Source of the DNA: Acidobacteriota bacterium
Lineage (GTDB): Bacteria > Acidobacteriota > UBA6911 > RPQK01 > JAJDTT01
Assembly: GCA_965209055.1 (NCBI GenBank)
Contig: OZ242374.1
Location: 1,728,001 to 1,792,000, forward strand
Length of the DNA: 64,000 nt
Reading direction: 5' to 3'
Below the pieces are notes generated by a model that did not search any database, was not told the DNA's origin, and worked only from the letters and a program-made list of their open reading frames with translations. The position numbers and the translations under genes were made by a program. Positions 22,188 to 30,763 of the stretch are shown piece after piece (the first letter of the stretch is position 1; each line of letters opens with the position of its first letter).

Positions 22188-23648
22188 TCAATTCCCGGCG
22201 ACGGCGTGAAGGAGCCGGAGCAAACTTTCGCGAACCTTGGCTTCGGCCTCCACCGCCAGATAGCTGGACCGCGCCCGCCAGGTCTCATAGCCCCCCAATT
22301 CGTGCTGCCGGACGGTGGGAAGGTAACCGTTGTATCCATTGGCTAATTCGATCACGAAAGTCGGCCGCAGCGGGCTCTCCTTCTTGATGGCCAGACCGGT
22401 CTCGACGAAGGTCTCGCAGGGTGTGCTGACGATTCCCAGGTCCCCGATGCGGATCGCCTGCAGCCGGACCGGAACCCTTGCCGGATATTCGGCCAGCAGC
22501 ACCGTCTCGCGGGCGTAGATGGCCCGGCGTTCCCGGTAGGGACCGGGTCCCGCGTCTGCCAGGATCTTCCGGGCCCGATCCAGGTCGTCCCGGTCCGGCA
22601 GTCGGACCCCCAGTTCGATTTCCGCCTGTCTGGAAGCCAGATGCACCCAGTCGTGATACTCGATCCTCCGGTAGGCATGATGCGCCGAATCGGCCACGTC
22701 GGCCGCCACCCGCCGGATCTGCTCGAAGGGCCGGCGGCGGACACCCGGCTCGAAGAAGTTGACGTTATTGATGTCGGCGCTGGTTCCGTTGGACATGATG
22801 CCCACGAAGGGAGGATCCACCTCCTCGGCTCCGACGCGCTGCGCGATCTGCGTGGCGAATTCTCCGAAGTAGTCCGCCGAGAGGCCGCCGGGCGCCACAC
22901 CGCCCACGTAGTGCAGCGAGTAATTGGCCAGCAGGGCCAGCGGACGCCCGTCCCGGGACTGCACCGAGAGGACGGGAACCTCCGGGTCGATGGGACCGGC
23001 CGGCGCCAGCAACCGGCTGCTGCCCGACGCCGGATTCATCTGCACGCGATCGGTCCCGGCGTCGAACGGATCCACATACCGGTAACCGGGACGCATGAAC
23101 CAGCGCCGGTTGAAAACCTGACGGGCGTTGTTGCCCACCGCCCAACCGACTCGCGCCGCTTCCAGCCGGGAGGCGGCTTCGATGATGGAAAGGGCGATTC
23201 GATCCTTCAGGAACTCCCGGTAGGCTGCTTCAGGCTCGCTCTGGAAGACTCCGCCGACGGTGACGGCGGAATGAGTGTGGGTTGCCGACACCAGCATGTT
23301 CCCGGCTGGGATGCCGGTCGAAGCCGACGCCTTCTCGCGGGCGGCGTCGATGATGTCCCGGGGAATCATGCAACTGTCGACGACCACGATGGCGATCCGG
23401 ACCGTTCCGTTGTCCAACACCAGGGCGCGCGAGTTGAGGGGATCGTGGGCCTTCCCTGCCGAGCGGTCGCTCATGCTCCCGTTGGACGAGACCGGAAAAG
23501 TCCGGGGAGTGACGTCGATCACCGAGGCGCCGGCACGCAGGGCCTTCTCCTCTCCGTGAGCTTCGGATGGCCGGCCCGTTCCCATCAAGCCCAAAACCAC
23601 CAGACCGGAGACAGGAAGCCACCGCCGCAAAGTCGAATTCAATTTCAT
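22188..23648 (-). CDS. Neutral/alkaline ceramidase-like amidohydrolase (secreted)
   Basis: HDPLNSRALVL, SATHTHSA, NYSLHY, SADYFG, PCETF, ELANGYNGYLPT, GGYE. Confidence 0.8.
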   Translation of the reverse strand: MKLNSTLRRWLPVSGLVVLGLMGTGRPSEAHGEEKALRAGASVIDVTPRTFPVSSNGSMSDRSAGKAHDPLNSRALVLDNGTVRIAIVVVDSCMIPRDIIDAAREKASASTGIPAGNMLVSATHTHSAVTVGGVFQSEPEAAYREFLKDRIALSIIEAASRLEAARVGWAVGNNARQVFNRRWFMRPGYRYVDPFDAGTDRVQMNPASGSSRLLAPAGPIDPEVPVLSVQSRDGRPLALLANYSLHYVGGVAPGGLSADYFGEFATQIAQRVGAEEVDPPFVGIMSNGTSADINNVNFFEPGVRRRPFEQIRRVAADVADSAHHAYRRIEYHDWVHLASRQAEIELGVRLPDRDDLDRARKILADAGPGPYRERRAIYARETVLLAEYPARVPVRLQAIRIGDLGIVSTPCETFVETGLAIKKESPLRPTFVIELANGYNGYLPTVRQHELGGYETWRARSSYLAVEAEAKVRESLLRLLHAVAGN

Positions 23649-23890
23649 CGTTCGCCACTCCCGAAAGATTCGGAGCGAAAAGGTCGCCCCAAGAGTTTCC
23701 TCACCCGCACGAATCAGATTCTGGCCACGGGGAACTTATTTCTCAACACCCGGAGTCCAGGATGTTCGACTGATCCTGAAGGCCGTTGGTAATCGCCCGG
23801 CGGCCACCGGGCGATTACCGGCACGGAAAACGCACCCTCCGCGGCAGTGTAGCCCCGGCCGAAAAGCGGAGATTCGCCGCCCCGCTCCTT

Positions 23891-24500
23891 GCCCAACTCC
23901 AGACTGTCCCTGTTTGAGTCTCCCCCATTTCCGGACTGTCCCCATTTCCACGAGATCGGGACTGTACCCATTTCCACCCTGAGATCCAGACTGTCCCCAT
24001 TTCCCGCATTTCCCCCAAGACTGTCCCCATTTCCCCCATTTCCCTGCCCAACTCCGGACTGTCCCTGTTTGAGTCTCCCCCATTTCCAGACTGTCCCCAT
24101 TTCCCTTTCCACGAGATCCAGACTGTCCCCAACTCCCCCCAGATCCAGACTGTCCCCAACTCCCCCCCATTTCCGGACTGTCCCCATTTCCACGAGATCG
24201 GGACTGTCCCCATTTCCACGAGATCGGGACTGTCCCCATTTCCCGAGATCGGGACTGTCCCCATTTCCCGAGATCGGGACTGTCCCCATTTCCACCCTGA
24301 GATCCAGACTGTCCCCATTTCCCCCATTTCCCTGCCCAACTCCGGACTGTCCCTGTTTGAGTCTCCCCCATTTCCAGACTGTCCCCATTTCCCTTTCCAC
24401 GAGATCCAGACTGTCCCCAACTCCCCCCATTCCCAGACTCGAAATCTAGACTGTCCCCATTTCCAGGGACCCGAGACTTGAGATCCAGACTGTCCCCATA
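23891..24500. repeat. Mosaic tandem array of 20 GACTGTCCC units (GGGACAGTC on the minus strand)
   Basis: 19 exact cores plus one variant (GACTGTACCC) at ~25-40 bp spacing, all in one orientation; reused linkers such as ATTTCCACGAGATC, TGTTTGAGTCTCCCCC and AACTCCCCC. Confidence 0.95.
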
Positions 24501-24572
24501 TCCAGGGACCTGGCTCCCGGCTTGGAGCGGACGGCCTCGACAGGTAGTCTTGATGGAAACCTGGGTCGTGGA

Positions 24573-25751
24573 ATGAAGAGAGTGATGTCCGGACGCGATG
24601 CCGGCAAGCGGCGAGACCCACGCCGTCCGGGTACGGTGGTGCTGGCCATGGGGTGGTTGGCCGGTTGCGCCCTGGCTCCGGAGGCGGAGTCCCCGGACAG
24701 CGGCTTCAGCATCGCCGAGAGCGGAGAAGAGATCGTCATCTCGGGACCGGCCCTGGAGGCCCGGATCCGGAAGCAGGGCTACGTCAGCGGAGTGGCCGGA
24801 GGTTCGTTCCTGGACCGGAAGACAGGCTTTCGCGACGCCGGACATGGTCTCCATATCGCCGACTTCCTGCTGGAGCCGGGCAGCGCCGATTCCGATGGTG
24901 GTCAGCCCCCCGATGAGTTGCGCTACCTGGATGACCCTCTCATCCATGGATTGCGCCCCAAGCGGATCGTGGAGGGTCCCCAGATCTGCACCCGGGCGCG
25001 GCGCCTCTCGCCCCGGCTGGTGGAGGGCCCGGACTTCGTGGCGGTCACCATGGACTTCACATACACCGTGGCGGCGCCGGGAAAGCAGCCGGGATCGAAG
25101 TGGACCCAGACCATCGTGTTTCCGGCCGGCGCGCGTTACTTCGTGTCCAGCGACCGGATCGATTCGGTCAACGACAGCGACTCCCTGTTCCTCCGCATCG
25201 ACATGCCCGGCCACATCAAGCACCGGGGGGGAGACGTCTTCAGCGAGGTCTACCTGAGCTACTTCGGCAAGATTCCGGCGGACCGGTTCCTCACCGATTT
25301 CGGTCCGGACGGCAGTTTCAACTATCGGACGGACCGGAATGAACGCCCCTCGAGATTCATCCGCGCCTACCGGTTGCGGGACCCGGAATCAGGGCGGGAC
25401 GGACCCTGGCTCGCCGGGATGACTCTCGATCCGGACACCGTATACGAAGCTTGGTGCCATCAGCGGGGTTACGTCTGCATGATCCAGGAGCTGGGCGGTC
25501 ATCCGATCCGGGCGGGAGAATCCTTCGGCGCCGCCTACGTCGTCGGCTACTTCGACTCCATCGACGAGATGAACCGGGTCTACGACCGCTACGCGGGTCA
25601 CCGCGGACTCTTCGTGGACCGGAATCGGTGGCGGCTGACGAAACGGGTTTCGGGGAGCGAAAGGGAGGCAGGGGCTCCCCTTGTGGATGCCCTCTTCGGT
25701 CCAAACCGGAGCAGATTGCGGCATTTCAAGGGTCCGGGAGGTGGAGGATGA
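24573..25751 (+). CDS. Conserved hypothetical protein (probable lipoprotein)
   Basis: WLAGC lipobox; GYVSGVAGGSFLD, EGPQICT, FLRIDMPGHIKH, EAWCHQRGYVCMI; start uncertain. Confidence 0.65.
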   Translation: MKRVMSGRDAGKRRDPRRPGTVVLAMGWLAGCALAPEAESPDSGFSIAESGEEIVISGPALEARIRKQGYVSGVAGGSFLDRKTGFRDAGHGLHIADFLLEPGSADSDGGQPPDELRYLDDPLIHGLRPKRIVEGPQICTRARRLSPRLVEGPDFVAVTMDFTYTVAAPGKQPGSKWTQTIVFPAGARYFVSSDRIDSVNDSDSLFLRIDMPGHIKHRGGDVFSEVYLSYFGKIPADRFLTDFGPDGSFNYRTDRNERPSRFIRAYRLRDPESGRDGPWLAGMTLDPDTVYEAWCHQRGYVCMIQELGGHPIRAGESFGAAYVVGYFDSIDEMNRVYDRYAGHRGLFVDRNRWRLTKRVSGSEREAGAPLVDALFGPNRSRLRHFKGPGGGG

Positions 25752-28078
25752 TACGAATGGTTTCCGCGGTCCTGGCCGCCGCAATACTGTCTGTGAGCCT
25801 CGCCGCGGGTACCGGAAGCCGTCTGCCCGGAACCCGTCCGCTGCGGATGAAAGGGGACCTGTCTCTGCAATTGGTGGAGGACATCGACCGGTTCCTGCTG
25901 CGGCGGATCGCCGATTCGCCACAAGTAAGAGGACGACTCTGGAGCTGGGACTACTCGTCCCCGCAGGCGTACCTGGAATCGATCGAGCGCAACCGGGATC
26001 GATTTCGGCGGCGCATCGGCGCGGTGGACGACAGACTCCCGGTGCAGGACCTGGAGTTGGTGGGGACTCTCACCCGTCCGTCCCTGGTGGCCGAAAACAG
26101 GCGGCTGGGTGTGTACGCCGTCCGCTGGCCGGTCCTGGACGGCGTGGACGCGGAAGGGTTGCTGTTGGAGCCTGCCGGAAAAGCCAGCGCCCAGGTCGTG
26201 GTCATCCCCGACGCCGACTGGACACCCGAGATGTTGGCCGGCCTGGACCCGCAGACGCCGCCCCGGCTTCAGGCCGCCCGGATTCTGGCGGAGGCGGGTT
26301 GCCGGGTCCTGGTGCCGGTGCTGATCGACCGCAGGAACACCTGGTCGGGAAACCCCAGGGTCCGGATGAGCAACCAGACGCACCGGGAATTCATCTACCG
26401 GCAGGCCTATTTCATGGGGCGGCATCTGCTCGGTTACGAGGTACAGAAGGTCCTGGCGGCCCTGGACTACTTCGCCCGCAACGTGTCCGGCGCGGCGGGC
26501 TTCGACACTCCTCTGGGGATCGCCGGCCACGGGGAGGGCGGCCTGGTCGCCCTCTATGCCGCCGCATTGGATCCGAGGGCGCGGGCCACTTTGGTGAGCG
26601 GCTACTTCCAACCGCGGGAGGGCGTCTGGCAGGAGCCGGTCTACCGCAACGTCTGGGGCCTGCTCCAGGAATTCGGGGACGCCGAGATCGCGAGCCTGAT
26701 CGCGCCCCGCGCACTGATGGTGGAGGCCTCCCGCGGTCCGGAGGTTCCCGGCCCTCCGCCGCCTCGAAACGGCCGCATGGACGCGTCGTCCGGCAAGCTG
26801 GAGACTCCGCCCCTGGACGGTGTCCGGGCCGAGTTCCGGCGGGCCCGCGAGCATTTCAAACGGCTCGGCTTTCCGGACCGCCTCCGGCTGGTCGTCAGCG
26901 GCTCCGGAAAGGGCCCCCCGTTCTCCCCCGAAGCACTTGAGGAACTGCTCTCAGCCCTGGACGGCGGACTCACCCTTCCCGGTGAGATCACCCGGACGGA
27001 GCCACTGCGGGATCGGCGTGCCGATTTCGACCCCGCGACGCGGATGGAGCGCCAGTACCGGCAGTTGGTGGAGCATTGCCAGCAACTGATGAGACTCGGT
27101 TCCTTTCGGCGCCGACAGTTCTGGTCCGGGGCGGACGCCTCGTCCCTGGACCGATGGGCTCGAACCTCGCGCCAATACCGGGCGCACCTGTGGCATGAAA
27201 TCATCGGATGGCTTCCCCCGGCCAGCGTCAAGCCCAATCCGCGGACGCGCCAGATCTACGAAACGGACCTTTGGAAGGGTTACGAGGTGGTGCTCGACAC
27301 TTGGCCCGGCGTCTTCAGCTACGGCGTGATCCTGGTGCCCGGGGATCTGAAACCGGGAGAACGGCGCCCCGTCGTAGTCGCCCAGCATGGCCGGGCCGGG
27401 AGACCGCAGGACGTCTGCGACCCGGCGAAAGACCAAGCCCCCTACCATGCCTTCGGCGCCCAACTGGCCGACCGCGGTTTTGTCGTCTACGCCCCTCAGA
27501 ATCTCTACATCGGCGAGGAGAAGTACCGCGCGTTGCAGCGGAAGGCGAACCCGCTCAAGCTGACTTTCTTCGCGCCCATGGTGCGCCAACACCAGCGGGT
27601 CCTGGAGTGGCTCGCCACGCTCCCCTTCGTCGACGCCGATCGCATCGGTTTCTACGGGCTCTCCTACGGCGGCAAGTCGGCCATGCTGATCCCGGCGGTG
27701 CTGGAGAACTATGCGCTTTCCATCTGTTCCGGCGACTTCAATGAGGAGGTCTGGAAACATGTGAGCATCGATCTCCCCTACAGCTTCATGTTGACCAAGC
27801 AGCATGAGCACAGCGAGTTCGATTTCGGCGAGAAGTTCAATTACGCCGAGATCGCCGGCCTGATCGCACCCCGGCCCTTCATGGTGGAGCGGGGGCATCG
27901 AGACGGCGTGGGGGAGGACGAGTGGGTGGCCTTTGAATACGCCAAAGTGCGCCGCCTCTATGTGAATCTGGGAATCGGGGACCGGACCCGGATCGAGTAC
28001 TTCGACGGAGGCCACGAGATCCACGGCAAAGGCACTTTCGAGTTCCTCCACCGGCACCTGCGCTGGCCGGCACGTTGA
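25748..28078 (+). CDS. Tandem alpha/beta-hydrolase (dienelactone hydrolase family), secreted
   Basis: Two hydrolase-like units (GHGEGG and GLSYGG elbows, IAPR twice), C-terminal FDGGHEI; ATGA overlap with the upstream gene. Confidence 0.8.
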   Translation: MIRMVSAVLAAAILSVSLAAGTGSRLPGTRPLRMKGDLSLQLVEDIDRFLLRRIADSPQVRGRLWSWDYSSPQAYLESIERNRDRFRRRIGAVDDRLPVQDLELVGTLTRPSLVAENRRLGVYAVRWPVLDGVDAEGLLLEPAGKASAQVVVIPDADWTPEMLAGLDPQTPPRLQAARILAEAGCRVLVPVLIDRRNTWSGNPRVRMSNQTHREFIYRQAYFMGRHLLGYEVQKVLAALDYFARNVSGAAGFDTPLGIAGHGEGGLVALYAAALDPRARATLVSGYFQPREGVWQEPVYRNVWGLLQEFGDAEIASLIAPRALMVEASRGPEVPGPPPPRNGRMDASSGKLETPPLDGVRAEFRRAREHFKRLGFPDRLRLVVSGSGKGPPFSPEALEELLSALDGGLTLPGEITRTEPLRDRRADFDPATRMERQYRQLVEHCQQLMRLGSFRRRQFWSGADASSLDRWARTSRQYRAHLWHEIIGWLPPASVKPNPRTRQIYETDLWKGYEVVLDTWPGVFSYGVILVPGDLKPGERRPVVVAQHGRAGRPQDVCDPAKDQAPYHAFGAQLADRGFVVYAPQNLYIGEEKYRALQRKANPLKLTFFAPMVRQHQRVLEWLATLPFVDADRIGFYGLSYGGKSAMLIPAVLENYALSICSGDFNEEVWKHVSIDLPYSFMLTKQHEHSEFDFGEKFNYAEIAGLIAPRPFMVERGHRDGVGEDEWVAFEYAKVRRLYVNLGIGDRTRIEYFDGGHEIHGKGTFEFLHRHLRWPAR

Positions 28079-28135
28079 TTTCCGGCCAACCGCTTCCCTC
28101 CTCTGCAAGTTGGAGAGATAATACCGTCAAGTTCC

Positions 28136-28615
28136 ATGTCGGCACGACGTTCCCTGAAGTTGCCCGTCATCACGGTCTGCCTGCTGATCCTGGCCGCTTG
28201 CAAAGCGCCTCCCGGGACGCCGGAGCCCGTTGCCGTTGAGCAAGAGGATTCGAACCGGGATGGGAGGATGTTCCGGGCGTTCCACCACATCGGGCTTCCC
28301 ACCGAAGATCCCCAGCCTGACGAAACCTATGTGGAAGAGACCAAGGTCTGGGTGACCGATCCGGCCGATCATCCGTTCCGCGTCGAGTATCTCCGTTACG
28401 AGGCCGACTCGCCCGTCACCGGACCCTTGCGGGAAAAGGCTCACGTGGCCTATCGCGTCGAAGAACTCAAGACGGCGCTCGAAGGCAAGGATCTGCTCCT
28501 GGAGCCCTTCACCCCCATGCCCGGCCTCAGCGTCGCCTTCTTCGAGGAGGACGGGGTCGTGATCGAGTACATGCAATTTGAAGGGGGCGCCACCGAGTTC
28601 GACGACCTGAATTGA
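28136..28615 (+). CDS. Lipoprotein with a VOC/glyoxalase-like domain
   Basis: LILAAC lipobox; FHHIG, HVAYRV, VAFF..DGVVIEYM. Confidence 0.7.
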   Translation: MSARRSLKLPVITVCLLILAACKAPPGTPEPVAVEQEDSNRDGRMFRAFHHIGLPTEDPQPDETYVEETKVWVTDPADHPFRVEYLRYEADSPVTGPLREKAHVAYRVEELKTALEGKDLLLEPFTPMPGLSVAFFEEDGVVIEYMQFEGGATEFDDLN

Positions 28616-28635
28616 GGACGGGCCGAATCGCGGAA

Positions 28636-29571
28636 TCAGGAGAACAGGCTCTGCAGCGTGACCTCTTCCTGCCGGGCCAGCGAGCGCTTGCCCGCTTCCA
28701 GCGCCGCGATGACTTCGACCTCCTCCTCGATGGGCACCGACTCCTCACCCGTCCGGACGTAGTCCAGGACCGCTTGCAGCAGGTGCCAGTAGAGGTCGCT
28801 CAGATCGGGCTTCACCGTGCGCCAACCCTTCTTGCCGAAGAGGCTGATCTGATACCCGGAACGCATCCACTGCCGCTCCCCCACCATCAACACCACGTCG
28901 CGGTGGTCGGCGAACCGGATCCGGACCACGTTCAGGCCGGGCTGGCCCACGTTCACGGCCGAAACGGCGCCCCCTCCCAGCACGGCATAGATCATGGAAA
29001 GGGCGTGGATGCCGTAGTAGATCAGTTCGTTGGCGCAGACGGCCTGGGCCAGATAGACGGGGCCCAGTTCCGGCAGTTGCGCTCTCAGCCGCAGGATATC
29101 CGGAACGAACCTCAGAGAACTGGCCGACATGAACGGAGTCCCGGTCTCGCGAGCCACGTCCGCCACCGCTTTGGCGCCTCGGGCGCTCATGGCCAGCGGT
29201 TTGTCGCAGAACGTGGGGATTCCGGTTCTCAAGGGATGGATCGCGTACCTGGAATGCTCGCCCGACCCGTCGTCGACGAGGATCGCCAGGTCGACGCCGG
29301 CGGCGCATGCTTCCGGCGTCCGGCAGACGGTGGGAATGTTGCAGGCGGCGGCCAGACGTCGGGCCCAGACCCGCTCCTGGTCCCACACCTTGACCACCCG
29401 GGCGCCCTTGATCCGTTTCCGGGCCCGGACGAAGGTCCAGTCGTACTTGCGGACTTCCGATTCGTCGAACCCGTTGAAGGTGGAGGCGAAGGCGGTCCCG
29501 TGATGGGAGCCGGGCCTTCGGGGTTCCGTCCCGTAGCGATAGGTGGCCGCCGAGATGAGACCGATGCGCAC
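28636..29571 (-). CDS. Gfo/Idh/MocA-family oxidoreductase
   Basis: MRIGLI, FCDKPLA, SASSLRF, YYGIHA. Confidence 0.8.
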   Translation of the reverse strand: MRIGLISAATYRYGTEPRRPGSHHGTAFASTFNGFDESEVRKYDWTFVRARKRIKGARVVKVWDQERVWARRLAAACNIPTVCRTPEACAAGVDLAILVDDGSGEHSRYAIHPLRTGIPTFCDKPLAMSARGAKAVADVARETGTPFMSASSLRFVPDILRLRAQLPELGPVYLAQAVCANELIYYGIHALSMIYAVLGGGAVSAVNVGQPGLNVVRIRFADHRDVVLMVGERQWMRSGYQISLFGKKGWRTVKPDLSDLYWHLLQAVLDYVRTGEESVPIEEEVEVIAALEAGKRSLARQEEVTLQSLFS

Positions 29572-29724
29572 GCTGTTGCTCCCTTCGCGCCGGGGGGCCG
29601 GCTTGACTCGCCGTGACGCGCCAACCTATTCTGCCACAACACTATATCCGGGGAGATCCGAAGATCCCCCCCCGCTTCGTCCGGCGCCGGGCGGTACCCG
29701 GCGCATCCTTCCGGGAGCAGGAAC

Positions 29725-30744
29725 ATGGACAAGACGAGATACGGAGTCATCGGGCTGGGCTGGTTCGGAGAGAAGCACCTGGAAGCGCTCACCGGCAATC
29801 CGGGCGTCGAGATCCATGCCCTGTGCACCCGGACCCCGGAACGGCTGGCCCAGGTCGCCGAACGCTTCCAGGTCCGGAGGACCTACACCGATTATCGCGA
29901 GATGCTGGCCGATCCGGGGCTGGACAGCGTCAGCATCACCACCATGTGGGACCAGCATCGGGACCCCACTTTGGCGGCGCTGGAGGCCGGAAAGCACGTC
30001 TTTCTGGAGAAGCCCATGGCTTCCACCGTCGAAGACTGCCAAGCCATCGTGGACGCGGCGGCGGCTTCGCCGGGCAAGTTCATGGTGGGCCACATCTGCC
30101 GCTTCAATCCCCGCTACGCCGCGGCCAAGCAGGCGGTGGACGAAGGCCGGCTGGGAAGGATCGTGGCGCTCTACGCCCGGCGCAACCTCCCGGCCTGGAT
30201 CGGGTCCCAGGTGCTGGACAAGATCGGCCCCATCATCGGAGACGGCGTGCACGACACCGACCTCATGCTCTGGTTCACCGGCGCCCGGATCGTCAGCGCC
30301 TATGGCCAGACGGTGGCGGTCCACGGGCACGAGTACCCCGACGCGGGACACGCCATGTACCGTTTCGACAATGGAGCCACCGGAGTGATCGAGGACGTCT
30401 GGTGCCTGCCGGAGAAGACCCCGTTCCAGATCGACGAGCGGATGGAGGTCATCGGCACCGAAGGATCGATTCAGGTCCATGACACCCATCCCAACCTGAC
30501 CATCGTCGACGGGGAGGGGGTCCGCTGTCCGGACACCACCTATTGGCCGGATATTCACGGGGCCTGCACCGGAGCCCTGCGGGAAGAGTTGAACTACTTC
30601 GTCCGCAGCATCATCGACGATACCCCGATCGAGGTGATCACGCCCCAGGAGTCTCTGGAGGCGGTTCGCGCCTGCCTGGCGGCCGAAGAGTCCGCCAGGA
30701 CCGGACAGGTCGTCCATTTGGACCAGGGCGGTTTCGAGCGGTGA
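29725..30744 (+). CDS. Gfo/Idh/MocA-family oxidoreductase
   Basis: GVIGLGWFG, GKHVFLEKPMA, VGHICRFNP, DGVHDTD. Confidence 0.92.
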   Translation: MDKTRYGVIGLGWFGEKHLEALTGNPGVEIHALCTRTPERLAQVAERFQVRRTYTDYREMLADPGLDSVSITTMWDQHRDPTLAALEAGKHVFLEKPMASTVEDCQAIVDAAAASPGKFMVGHICRFNPRYAAAKQAVDEGRLGRIVALYARRNLPAWIGSQVLDKIGPIIGDGVHDTDLMLWFTGARIVSAYGQTVAVHGHEYPDAGHAMYRFDNGATGVIEDVWCLPEKTPFQIDERMEVIGTEGSIQVHDTHPNLTIVDGEGVRCPDTTYWPDIHGACTGALREELNYFVRSIIDDTPIEVITPQESLEAVRACLAAEESARTGQVVHLDQGGFER

Positions 30745-30763
30745 AGCCGGGGGGTTGGCCAAC

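Noticed and set aside
23891-24500. CRISPR array
   Set aside because: The constant part is only about 10-16 bp, the spacers are short, reused and low-complexity, and there are no cas genes in the window.
23714-25223. Repeat-protein ORFs (MGTV / WGQS / GDS repeats) across the array
   Set aside because: Several frames stay open only because the repeat units lack stops; there is no RBS or domain signal, so they were treated as non-coding.
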